This document shows positions 50,350 to 64,000 of a stretch of DNA of 64,000 nucleotides, in pieces. The translations under genes were made by a program, and so were the position numbers. The stretch lies in assembly GCF_009914755.1 (NCBI RefSeq), contig NC_060935.1. One strand, 5' to 3'. Numbering within the stretch: position 1 is the stretch's first letter; every line of letters starts with the position of its first letter. The stretch is from the human T2T-CHM13v2.0 reference genome, Homo sapiens. The notes below the pieces were generated by a model. It made no database searches and was not told where the DNA came from. It saw only the letters and a program-made list of their open reading frames with translations.

Positions 50350-52200
50350 AATTCATTAGTTTATTCAACAGTATTTGTTGAGCATGTACTGTGTGCTGTG
50401 TACGCTGAGTTAGGTTGCAGTGGGTAGAGCAATGAATAAGATACACTAGATCCCTGATCCCTGCCTCGTTAATATGCTAGACACAAAAGGACAAATATTG
50501 TAGCGTTCCATTTATATAAGTATCTACAAAAAGCAAACTCATGGAGTCAGAAAGCCACATTAGAGGGCTGGGGGAATAGGAGAGCTATATTGCTTAATGA
50601 TTACAGTTTCCGTTGGGGTGATGAAAAAGTTTTGGAAATAGGTGGTGACAACCATTATATATCATTGTGTATGTAATCAATGTCACTGAATTTTACACTT
50701 AAACATGGTTTAAATGGCAAATTTGAGTTGTACACTTTAAATGGGTGAATTGTATGTTATGTGAATCATATCTCAATAAAGCTGTTTTAATAAAAGAAAA
50801 AGAAAGATCCCTGTCTCGTTAAGCTTATAACCTGATGGGAAGAGACATACAATAAACAGAGAAAGTCATTTTAGATTGCAATAAGTGCTGTGATGGAAAT
50901 TAATTAGGTGATATAATAGAAAATAAGTGGAAAAGGACCTACTTTAGATTAAATTGTCAAATAACCCTTATTGAGGAAGTGACTGTTGAGCTTAGATATG
51001 AATGATGACAAGGAACTAGCCATGCAACCAGCTAAGGAACAGAAAGTTCCTGAAGGTCATGGGAATAGCAAGGGCAAAGTCCCTGAGGTAGGAAAGAGCT
51101 ATGTTGAGGTAACAGATGGAAGGCTGATGTGGCAGGAGTGTAGTAATTGAGTGGCAGAGGTACCCAGGGAGCATAGCACATAAAACCTCAGAGACCACAG
51201 CAGAGTTTCCTAAATTATTCTAAATACAAAGGGAAACCATTGAGGGAAGATTTAAGCAGGAAAGTGGCATGATTTGATATGTTTTTTCCCAACGATCATT
51301 CTAGCTACTACTTTTTTTTGGCCCCACCCACCCATCTCCACATTCTAGCTACTTTAATGGATTGCAGGGAACTAGAGTTGAAGCAGAGTTACCAGTTAGA
51401 AGGCTATTTCAGAAGACCAGATTAGGGGCAATGGTGGTTTGGATCAGGATGGTAGGGGTAGAGATGGAGAGAAGTGAACAGATTTGAAATATATTATGGG
51501 ACATGAACTAGTGGACTGAACGTGGGAGATGAGGGAAAAAAAGGAATGTCAAGAATGACTCCTAGGTTTTGTGTATGAGCAACTCCTTTAATGTTACTGC
51601 CATTTATTGAGATGGAGAAAGATCCAGGAGATGGGAGTGGGGCAACCAAAAGATCTTCTTTGCAAATGTTAAGTTTGAGTTACCTATTAGAAATCCAAGT
51701 AGACAACAGGATATATAAGTCTGGATCTCAGGACTGGAGGTCAGTACAGGGTATAGAAATTTGGGACTCATCAACATAAGGATGGTATTTAAATCCAGAG
51801 AACTAGATGAGATTACCCAGGGAGAGAACGCAGAGCTGAAAAGAGAGAGAGACAAATACAGACACACACGTACAGTGGGATTTAATCCTGGGAAATTACA
51901 TTTAGAAGTTGAATAGAGGAGGAAGAACCAGCAAAAACTGAGAGGAATGGACAGTCAGGTAGGGAGAAAATGAAGAGAGAGTAGTAATTTGGAAACTAAG
52001 AGGAGTAAATTTCTGAATAGAAGAAGTCATCAGTATGTCCAGTTATGGGTTTGTAACTGGAGATGACTATGGGATTAAGGGAAGTTTCTTTTTGTTTTTG
52101 TTTTTGTTTTCAACCTGTTTGTTTTGTGGGAATGTAGAATGGTTTGTTTGCTTTGTTTTTTAAGATGGCAGATATCAAGGCATGTTTATGCTGATGAGAG
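50350..52200 (-). mobile_element. L2 (long antisense fragment) with L1MB insertion
   Basis: cattagtttattcaacagtatttgttgagcatgtactgtgtg terminus; gtcaagaatgactcctaggtttt; agatgagattacccaggg. Confidence 0.75.
50473..50805 (+). mobile_element. L1MB-type 3' end
   Basis: agacacaaaaggacaaatattg..tacactttaaatgggtgaattgtatg..atctcaataaagctgtt; TSD gatccctg(c/t)ctcgttaa. Confidence 0.8.
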
Positions 52201-52590
52201 TGAGCCTTTGCTCTTGCCACTTATCCCAAATTGCCTTTTTCAGATGCATGAAGGATGGTGGGCTCTGGGTAAGGAAGAGAACAGGGAAAAAGTCCAGCTC
52301 ATTATTTATCTTATAAAAGGAAGACTTTTGATAGGTATGATATAAATGTATAGTTCTTAACCACAACTCACACCATACTGTGAATATATTTTTAATGTGA
52401 AGATGAATTGGCCATCTATATAGGCATTGAATTAGTTTAACTTTTGAATACAGTGAAGAGAGCTATACTGAAACTAAATAATTTTCTTCCAGATTGTTGG
52501 TACTGAGCCTTTAGTAGATTTTCTGAATAGTTTCACATGAGTGTGCCAACTGTACAGAATTTAAGTGACAGATTCCTTTTTCTTCTAGAG

Positions 52591-53990
52591 CAGCAGTGTA
52601 ATCAGTCCCTGGTTCCTTGGGGATCCCCAACACCCTCAGTAGGTCTGGGAGGGCGGAATTATTTTCATAATAATACTAAGACATTTTTGCCTGTTTCACT
52701 GTATTGACATTTACATGATGGTGGCTAAAATTGCTGGCCACTTAGAACAAATCAAGGCAGAGGGACTAAACTCAGCTAGCAGTATTTGTCTTCTGTAAGA
52801 CTGTGTACTCATAGTTTATATATATATATTTAAAATGGGGTTCAATTAAGAATGTCCTTAATGAAGCAGTAAAAATTATTGATTATATTAAATCATGACC
52901 CCTGAGTGCACACCTTCTTAATATTCTGTGTGTTGGAAAGAGAATATGCATAAATCACTTCTGCTGCATACTGAAGTACAGTGGTTGTTTCAAGGAAAAG
53001 CACATGTGCAATCGAGTTGCTAAGTGAACTACCTTCTTTTTTAAAAGCCTTGTCTTTACTTGAAAGAATGACTGACAAATTATGGTTATTTAGACTTAAG
53101 TATTTGGCAAACATTTTCTCAAAACTGAATGAAGTGAGCCTGTCTCTTAAAGGAAATCAACTGATGATAAAATTCAGGATTTTAAATGAAAATTAGAATT
53201 CCAGATCGCTTGTGTCTGCCACCATGAGATTGGCAGCTGCCCAATCCTTAAGGATTTTTTTGATAAGATTGGTAGTGATAATAACACATGTGATTTTTAA
53301 ATAGTTTATAATGGAATGTGTCAGCATTAAAAATATATATAACTCAATGAGCCAATGTTTTCCAAATGACCATTGTATAATGCTATGAAATCATACGTAG
53401 GTAAAGATCCTTTCAAAGTGCCAGAAAGACCAATGGATTTTAATGTAAAAGAGTATGAAAACTTTATTGATAGGGTTTCAGATTCTGCATTGCTACTAGT
53501 ACCTTTAAAAAGCTATTACTTAATGAGGTTGGGAGTAGTATCAAACAAGAATATCCACAACCATCTGAAAAAGCACTTAAAATACTCCTTTCTTTTTCAG
53601 CTGCGTATCTGTATAAGGCTGGATTTTCTTACTAAACAACACATGGTAACAATGAGTGCAGAAGACAATGTGAGACTCCAGCTGGCTTCTATTAAGCTAG
53701 ACATTGCAAAACAGACTTGCAAAAATGTAAAACAATGTCACTCATCTCACTAAGTTTCTTTTTTGGAAAATTTGCTTATTTTTCATTAAAAATATTATTT
53801 ATATTAACAAGTAATAGATTGCTATTGCTATTTTTGGAAGAATTCACAAACATGCAAAAGTTTTCTTAATTTCAATTTTTAATATGATAATTATTGATAC
53901 ATATGACCCATATAAATGAAAGCCCTTTGGGGTCCTCAGTCATTTTAAGAGTATAAAGGGATCTTGAGACTAAACTTTTGAGAACCACTG
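52591..53990 (+). mobile_element. Charlie1a-like hAT DNA transposon with transposase remnants
   Basis: Right end tttgagaaccactg; 8-bp TSD ttctagag / tcttagag; ORF 52981-53196 (LKYLANIFSKLNEVSLSLKG) is a hAT transposase motif. Confidence 0.85.
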
Positions 53991-54914
53991 TCTTAGAGAA
54001 TGTGGCCATCCAGATTTTCTGTGAAACTCTTCAATTGCTCCAAGACACATGTGTCATTTCCCCAAATGTGGAAACATAATATGAGAGACCTACCAATTTG
54101 CATTCCAGGAATGATATGTAGTACAAGTCAGAAGGCTAGCAGCTATCAGTGGATTCTTCCTTGTTGCTTTTGTAAGCCAGGCCTCTTCTCTCCTTTTCTG
54201 AAAGCTCAATATTTAAGAGTATTACTTTGAGGGTATATTGTACAAATAATAATGATGATTTACATTTGTATAGAATGTAATGGCTTTGGAGTGTGTATTT
54301 TTATTTGTGTAGCTCATTTCATACTCTATGAAGTATGTTGACCAAGTCTGTCTTTAGAGATAAGAAATTGAGCTGCTGCTATGCTGATTTCCTGGGGATG
54401 ACAAAGCTATTAAATGGCAAGCAATTCAAAACCAAATCCAGTTATATCCTACTAACATTATTTGTTTTTCTTTTTAATTTGGGCCTTCCTACAATTCTGT
54501 GAGTTAGACAGGGCATAGACAATTATCTGCATTTTACAGAAGAGCCCCCTGAGACAGTGAGTTAAGTAGAAGAGCTAAAATTAGAACCTGGGGATTTCAT
54601 GACTCCCTTCCTTTTACCCTATTACTTCTCTTCCCCTTCAAGTTAAGACTTCATAGAAAGTAAAAATAGCTTCTCCATCCAAAACAGCTGGGAACCCCTG
54701 TTCTGCCAAGGACGTGATCCTTCTGTAAATCTTTACTCCTGGGGCCCACAGTGCACAGCTATTTAGAAGGGATCAATGCCAGCTTCTACCCAGCAGCTTA
54801 AATTCATGTATATTTCTTTAACATACAGCCAAATGTATGTGACACATGAGAAGAAAATATGCTTTTATTTTCATAATTCTTGGAATCAAAAATATAAATT
54901 CCAAGGATGTTTTA

Positions 54915-55362
<448 letters not shown>

Positions 55363-55960
55363 GTATATAGTTCAGTGGCTTTTAATATATTCACCAAATT
55401 GTGCAACTATCACCACGGTCAATTATAGAACATTTTCATTGCCCCCAAAAGAAACCCTGTACCCACTAGTAGTCATTCCTCATTCCCTCAGGTTCCCCAT
55501 CCCTGGGCAGCTACCAGCCTACTTTCTGTTTCTATAGATTTGCTGTTCTGGACATTTCTTACAAATGGAATCATAAAATATGTGGTCTTCTGTAACTGGC
55601 TTTATTTGCTTTCCATAGGCTCAAGGTTTATCCATTTTGTAGCATGTATGAGTCATTCCTTTTTGTAGCCAATTTTTTTTGCAGTTGGAAGATGTGTATG
55701 TATATACGACATGTTATTTATCCATTTACGAGTTGATAGACTTTTGGGATGTTTCCATTTCTTGGCTGTTATAAGAATGCTGTTATGAACATTTGGGTAC
55801 AAGTTTTTGTGGGGATATAGTTTTCATTATTTTGGGGTGTATACCTAGGAGTGGAATTGCTGAGCCATATGGTAGCTATGTTTAAATTTGAGGAATTGCC
55901 AGACTGTTTTCTAAAGTGGCAACACCATTTTACATTCCCACTACTAATGTACAAAGGTTC

Positions 55961-56332
55961 TGTATTAGTCTGTTCTCATGCTGCTAATAAAGACATAGCC
56001 ATGACTGGGTAATTTATAAAGGAAAGAGGCTTAATGGACTCACAGATCCACATGACTAGGGAGGCCTCACGATCATGGTAGAAGGCAAAGTAGAAGCAAT
56101 TTTACTGTGTTACATGGCAGCAAGCAAGAGGGCGTGTGCAGGGGAACTCCCCTTTATAAATCTGATCTCACATCAGATCTTGTGAGACTTATTCACTATC
56201 ACAAGAACAGCACAGGAAAGACCTGCTCCCATGATTCAATTACCTCCCACTGGGTCCCTCCCATGACACGTGGAATTATGGGAGCTACAATTCAAGATGA
56301 GATTTGGGTGGGGACACAGCCAAACGGTATCA
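55961..56332 (-). mobile_element. THE1C-like MaLR solo LTR
   Basis: tgtattagtctgttctcatgctgctaataaagac ... gatttgggtggggacacagccaaacggtatca; perfect TSD GGTTC (55956-60 / 56333-37). Confidence 0.9.
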
Positions 56333-56572
56333 GGTTCCAATTGCTCTGTATCCTCACCAACACTTATTTTTCTTTTTTATTATAGCCATCCTACTAGTTG
56401 TAAATGGTTTTGACTTGAATTTTTTCTAATGGCTAATGATGTTGAGTGTCATTACTCTTTTATGTACTTATTGGCCATTTGTATATCTTCTTTGGAGAAA
56501 TAACTATTCCAACCCTTTGACCATTTTTAAATTAGGTTGTATTTATTTATTTATTTATTTATTTATTTATTA

Positions 56573-56770
<198 letters not shown>

Positions 56771-58358
56771 CTATTGAAAGAATGAATGATGAATGAGTCA
56801 GTCAGAGATTGTTCTTTCCTCTTTAAGGTTGATAATTAAACAACTCATTTCTGTTTAATGTATATTATATATTGTATATATAAAATATATAATATATGTA
56901 AATATTATATATACACACACACACATCTCTTGTATCTATTTAATGTTTTAATTGAGGTCAAAAAATTATATTTATTTATACATAGTTTTTTCCAAAAGTT
57001 CTATTCTGTGTTTAAAGGGATAACATACTGCATTTTTCTAGTTGCAAATGATTGGTTAAGTGTTCATGTATTAATTTTTCTGAGAGCCATCATTAGCTAT
57101 TAACCAATGTGCTAGACATTTTTAATGTCATTGACTATGATTACTGTACTCTTTGATTGCTGAAAGTGTAAATTGATAAAACTTTTTATCTCAGTTGGAC
57201 ATTTTTTCCTTTTAAACTGAAACTACAAATACAGTGCCAAAAATATATTTCCAAATGAAAAATAAAACAATTGTAACTTACATATATAGCTTATTTTAGG
57301 GCACAGGGCCCTTTCACATATATTATTTCTTTTATCCTTTGCAGAAACCCTTAAAGTGTTGGTATTATTATCTTCATTTTACATTTAGATAAACTGAGCC
57401 TCTGAAGGGTGAGTCTTTTGCTCATAGTCACACAGCTGTTAGATAAACAAAGAAATTCAGACCCTAATATCTGACTCTAAGTTCAGGAGACCGTACTTGC
57501 TGCTTTCCTTTTGTCAGACAGGAAGAAACATCTTACATAACAGGCTTCCCTTTTTTTCTGTGGCTAATAGCTCAATATAAATTTAGCACCTTACTTGGCT
57601 TACCATCTTTGATAACATCTATCTCTTCCTTTATCCTAGTTGTTTTAAAAGATTCACTTTAGCCTTTTTACTTGTTCAGTAATAAGATTAGCCTTTTCCA
57701 AAGCACCACCATGAGTGACATCTTTTGCTGGGAGGAAAATATTTAAAGAATGTACCTCAACTGAAATGAAATATGCAGTGCTAGCTAGTTCAGAGAGGAT
57801 GGCATATAAATTCTCACTATACTTTTTATGATTAAGCATCATGAAATGAATTATGAGCTATATGAAAAATGAATTTGGTCTGATTTTAGTTGGCATCAAA
57901 GTGACCGGCATAGCTTAGGTGTAAGCTCTTTAAAGAGATGAGCTCCAAAAAAATGGTTTATATTGCCTGATTCAAAACCCAAAGTCTCTAGATTTTAGGG
58001 GAAGGTAGCACAGTAGATTTGAAATTCTAAATTTTGGAACTTTTAATGATGTTATGTTTTGCTAATTTATCTTTTTGAAAGAGAGACTACTTTCACCAAC
58101 ATACCCACAGTTATCTGTGGATAGACCCATATCATAATTCTGTATTTAAAATAATAACTTTGTAGATATTTCTGTAAATTATTGGTTTAAAAATATATAT
58201 ATTATAAATGCAGACTAGCACTTTACATTTAAATAATTAAATTATTTAGGTAGATGCAATGAAAGGAATGAAATTTTGTCATCCACAGATTTCAAAAAGG
58301 TGGATGAAATGATTTAATGGAAAGAACATAACACCAACAATTAGAAATTTCAAGGTTA

Positions 58359-58750
<392 letters not shown>

Positions 58751-58928
58751 CTAAAGAATCAAAAAGTTGAGTATTATGTGCCCTGAGCCCCATGTCAGCA
58801 CCATGTTCTTTACATCTCTGCTTCTTAACTTTACCACTCTTATAATTTAGTCTGTTCATTGCTTTTTCAAAATCACTTTTAAGTTGTTTGACTCGCGACA
58901 GCATGATCAAAAAGGTTTTAAGATTCTT

Positions 58929-59279
<351 letters not shown>

Positions 59280-59605
59280 TTAGAAAATATTCAGAGATTT
59301 ATGGAGTACCATACTAGGCTTATGTAAGTCCAATACAATATGGACTTATAAAACTAATGATAATACTATCTTACATTTATGTAGTGCCTTACAGTTTTCA
59401 AAGCATTCTCATAAGAAGCTCATATACTTACCCTCACAATTTTTTCTCTGAAGTAGAATTAGTAAGAATTTCTGCCTTTGATTTAGTAGTTCATCTTGGG
59501 AACTCTAGCATAAGGAAATAATTCTAACTTCCTGAAAACAGTTAAATATGTTTATCATAACTGAAAATAGTTATCTGGGAATAGGTTAAATAAATGAAGG
59601 AGCAT

Positions 59606-59949
59606 TGCCTTCATTCGTTTTCTGCTGCTATAACAGAATATCATGGACTAGGTAATTAATAAAGAAAAGAGATTTGTTTGGCTCATGGTTCGGGAAGCTG
59701 GGACGTCTGAGAGCATGGCACCAACATCAAGCAAGCATCAACCCATGGCAGATGTGAGATGGAGAGAGGAAAATTGGACTGAATTCACCCCTTTATTAGG
59801 AGCCCACTCTTGTAGTAATGGCATTAATCCATTCATGAGGGTGGAGCCTTCATGACCTAATCACCTCTTAAAGGTTCCACCCCTTAATACTGTGACAGTG
59901 GCAACCAAATTTCAACATGAGGTTTGGAGGGGACATTTAAAACATAGCA
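59606..59949 (-). mobile_element. MSTB-like MaLR solo LTR
   Basis: ttttctgctgctataacagaata ... aaatttcaacatgaggtttggaggggacatttaaaacatagca; perfect TSD AGCAT (59601-05 / 59950-54). Confidence 0.85.
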
Positions 59950-60940
59950 AGCATTCACTGTGATTAAAATTTTTGTGAAGATTAGGTAGCATAGAAATAC
60001 CTTTGTTATTAGTGTAGAAAAGAGAGCATGGGGTTGAAGGCACACTGTGGTTACAGATATTAAAATAATTTTAAAGGCACCAAACAAACTACCCTGTATA
60101 TAGGAGGGAAAAGACTGCCTGGTTGTATACCAAAACTGTGTTACATGTTTGTTTTGTGGGACTTCAGATAATCCTTCTACTTACCTTTTTATTTATTTTT
60201 ATTGAGCACATATTGCTTTTATAATAGAATATATATATATAAATTATTTTTTTCAGACAAAAACTGAATCCTAGTGAAGTTTTTTGACATTCTCAAAATG
60301 GTACAAATGGTTAATGGTGAACCTGGGACAAGAAACCAGTTTTCTTCTCTTAATCTATTCGTTAGTACGTTCAAATTATAGAATATTCCAGCAGATACAG
60401 AAATTTCAGCTTTAAAGAGGCTGGTCAAGCTATGTATTTTTTCTCAGTAACGTGTACTTCCTCTTTAAGATTCATTAGCCCATAGTCAAATTGACAAAAT
60501 CAGTGTTATTTTTTCATACTTTGTAAAACACAGCTATATTCCCTCTAGCTGAGTATGTTTCCAGACAGTATATGTGGTTAGGAGAACAAGTACAGACAGA
60601 CATGGATTCACTTCCTGATCAGTGTTGCCACTTGATAACTGTGGCCTTGTGAGTTTCTAGGCCTCAGTTTCCCTACTTAAATAATGAGATTCACAAATTC
60701 CGTTGTAAAACGTAATGCTAACTTTTCTAAACTGCCCTAAAACATTTCTGTGTCTGTCCCCATTGTGTTCACATTTATAAATAGTAGTTGTATTTCATTG
60801 TTTCCAGATTCCCTTGCAAGGCAGCTTAATGCCTTGGAAAGAGCTCTAGATTGTGTTCTAGCTTCAGAGTTGCTTCTAACTCTTTGGTTTTCTAACTCAT
60901 TGTCCCTCTTATTCACTGTAACATTGAGCCAGTCTCTCTC

Positions 60941-61235
60941 TTTTTTTTTTTGAGATGGTCTCGCTCTGTTGCCCAGGCTGGAGTACAATGGCGCAATCTT
61001 GACTCACTGCAACCTCCACCTCCTGGGTTCAGGCCATTCTCCTACCTCAGCCTCCCGAGTAGCTGAGATTACAGGCACCTGCCACCACGCCCAACTAGTT
61101 TTTATATTTTTAGTAGAGACAGAGTTTCACCATGTTGGCCAGGCTGGTTCTGAACTCCTGACCTCCAATGATCTGCCCGCCTCTGCCTCCCAAAGTGCTG
61201 GGATTACAGGTGTGAGTGACCGACCGCACCTGGCC
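60941..61235 (-). mobile_element. AluS
   Basis: Antisense dimeric Alu. Confidence 0.95.
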
Positions 61236-61474
61236 AAGTTAGTCTCTAATTTTTCTAAGCCTTGGCTCCTTCTAAAATAAGAAACTTGAAGTAAATAATC
61301 TTTTCATTTCCTTCTAACAGTAATATTCTACAATTTCTCCCAGTCTAGTTTTGAGCACATGTATGATTTTAAAAAAAAACAATAATAAACCGGTTACTCT
61401 TAAATTAGAGGTGATGGGAGGGTAGATTGATCATTTAAAAAAATAATTTGACATTATGCAGTGAAATTGAAGAT

Positions 61475-61977
61475 TTGTATATGAGAATGTTTATAGCACC
61501 ACTATTCATAATAGCTGAAGATTAGAAACAACTTAAAATATATCGACAATATGTTCATCATTAATTAAGGTATATTTATGTAATCAAATACTGTGCAGCC
61601 ATGAAACCATAGCAATGATAGGGACGAATTTCACCAGCATGATGTAGAGTAAAAGAACCAAAGCAAAAAAAAAAAAAAAAATCCACAATCATCCTCTATT
61701 TATGTATAGTTCAAAACCAAGCAAGATTAAACGATATTATTTAGGAATGAAAACTATACAAAAAAACAAGGGTAGTGACTAACTACCTCTGGAAGTGAGA
61801 AGGGGTTATAATGAGAAAGGGGCTTGTGGAAGGCTTCTGGGGCACCAGCAGCATTGTATTTCTTGACCGAGTGGTGGTAACACAGGGGTTTGCTTTATAA
61901 TCCTGATCCTTTAAACAATGTGTATGTGTGTTTCATTTATTTTTCTATATGCATATTATATCTTGCCATTAAAAAAT
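61475..61977 (+). mobile_element. L1ME-type 3' end
   Basis: gaatgtttatagcaccactattcataatagc; ggaaggcttctggggcacc..tttcttgaccgagtggtgg. Confidence 0.7.
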
Positions 61978-61984
61978 CATAGGT

Positions 61985-62336
<352 letters not shown>

Positions 62337-62474
62337 TCATCTCTTGAAAAATAATTGCCATTACAAAGGATGGCAAGGACTTCGTATTTCAGCATCATAT
62401 ATCAGAAGAAAAAGAATTTTCAGCTAGAGCGCTTAAGCATTGTCTTAGCTTTACACATAAGAATATCTACTTTG

Positions 62475-62760
62475 GGCCAGGTATGGTGGCTCATGCTTGT
62501 AATCCTAGCACTTTGGGAGACCGAGGCAGATGGATCACTTGAGCCCAGGAGTTCAAGACCAACCTGAGCAACATGATGAAACCTCATCTCTACTAAAAAT
62601 GCAAAAAAATCCTAGCTGGGTGTGGTGATTCACACCTCTAGTCCCAATTACTTAGGAGGCTGAGGTGGGAGGATTGATTCCCAGGAGGTCAAGGCCACAG
62701 TGAGCTGAGATTGCACCACTGCACTCCAGCCTGGGTGACAGAGACCGTGTCTCAAAAAAA
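62475..62760 (+). mobile_element. AluJ-type
   Basis: Dimeric Alu; TSD aaga(a/g)tatct(a/g)cttt. Confidence 0.92.
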
Positions 62761-62776
62761 GAGTATCTGCTTTTGA

Positions 62777-62849
62777 TCACACAATATATCCTTGTAACAA
62801 ATCTGCATGTGTACCCCCTGAATCTAAAAGTTTAAACTAAAACAAAAAA
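62777..62849 (+). mobile_element. Very short L1P-type 3' terminus
   Basis: acacaatatatccttgtaacaaatctgcatgtgtaccccctgaatctaaaag plus A-rich tail. Confidence 0.75.
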
Positions 62850-64000
62850 GAATATCTGCTTTTATTGATACCTATATGCAAAGAGTGTCTTATTCTTTAT
62901 TCCTAGTCTTCACAATAACCTTTCAGGTTTTTGTTATTATCCTCATTTTACAGGTGAGGAAACAGGTATAGAATATTTTGGTGGATGAGGAATTTTTAAA
63001 AAATAATTGAAACATCTGCATGGACCATTTTTGGTATTTTTTTTTCTCCTTCATGTTATAAAAAGATAAATTACAAACAAGATTTGTGACCATTTTAGGG
63101 ATGTATACTATTAAAATAAGCCCTAAACAAAAGAATAGACTGAGTTTTGGCTGTTTTTTCTTTCAAATGTACCTGGAAGTATGTAAGATTTCCCAAATGC
63201 CTAATAGTAAACGAGCTTTTGGGTATTGGGGCATTTGCCACTTATAGGTCAAGCCCCTGCACTGAGTGTTGAAATAAAGCCTAATTAGAAGAGAAAGTGA
63301 GAGAAACAATGTCTACATTTTTAATACACTAATTGTGGTGGTCACTCTATACAAAGTTTGCTGAACTATGACCACTAAGCTAACCGGGAAGAGGAAATTA
63401 CTTTGTATAACCAAGCCAAAAAATTTTTTTTTAGATTTAGTTCATAATGTCACTTAAGATTCTTCTGAAAGGCTTGTGAACCTTTGCCTTCTTTTAATAA
63501 GCCTTCATAATGACAAGGTCCCCTGAGAATGAAATCATCTGAACGGAATGTGCCTGTGTCTTAAAATCTGATAAACATCACTTCATGTTATTCAGGAGAT
63601 CAAAAGAGACTTAAAACACGTAAATGTTACTTTCAGGTTATTATAACCAAGGAAGCCTGTGGCCCAGCTATCAAAATAACTTAGCTTTAGCAAGTTCTAA
63701 GCAGTGGGCTTAGCCAGGTTGGTTAGTGCTGCCTTAGGACTGACCGCACTGTCTTTTGAGTTGACCTGTAACTTTCAATGTAGAATGTAAGTGCTTCATC
63801 TCTGAGGCACATTTATGTGTCCCTTAGCTCCTGACACTAATTCATCATTTGCTTTATAGTAATTCCACTCAGACATCATCATCAAGCCCCAGTGGAGGCT
63901 ACTAAATGATGTGAGTGGATATATTTCCTAATCAGTGACATTAGTTTATATCTCCTTATTAAGATACCCATTAAATTCATACCAGGAGAGATAACATGAA

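Noticed and set aside
52981-53753. Possible domesticated hAT transposase (ZBED/GTF2IRD2-like)
   Set aside because: Fragmented by stops and frameshifts inside an internally deleted Charlie1 copy.

Overview
Primate, almost certainly human, genomic DNA: AT-rich, repeat-dense and nearly all intronic. The only convincing coding sequence is one 79-nt + strand exon at 45447-45525. It has canonical splice sites and translates to (E)[26 protein letters not shown], which I recognise as part of UVRAG (probably exon 13). The window therefore lies in two long UVRAG introns transcribed on +. The rest is transposon-derived: about 20 Alus, L1/HAL1/L2/L3/MIR fragments, near-complete Tigger1 and Charlie1-type DNA transposons, and solo LTRs (LTR12C, LTR18A, THE1C, MST, MLT1). 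ORF-track entries are repeat-derived or chance ORFs. I cannot support a wholly new biological system. The best leads are: (1) an intact sense LTR12C promoter 3.9 kb upstream of the UVRAG exon, which could drive a truncated chimeric transcript; (2) an unidentified polyadenylated mRNA 3'-end retrocopy at the centre of a five-layer nested insertion; (3) a candidate 13-nt microexon in the same phase as the UVRAG exon; (4) an LTR18A with intact AP-1/ARE and bZIP motifs. Repeat subfamily names come from recalled consensus sequences, not a database search, and boundaries of old repeats are approximate.
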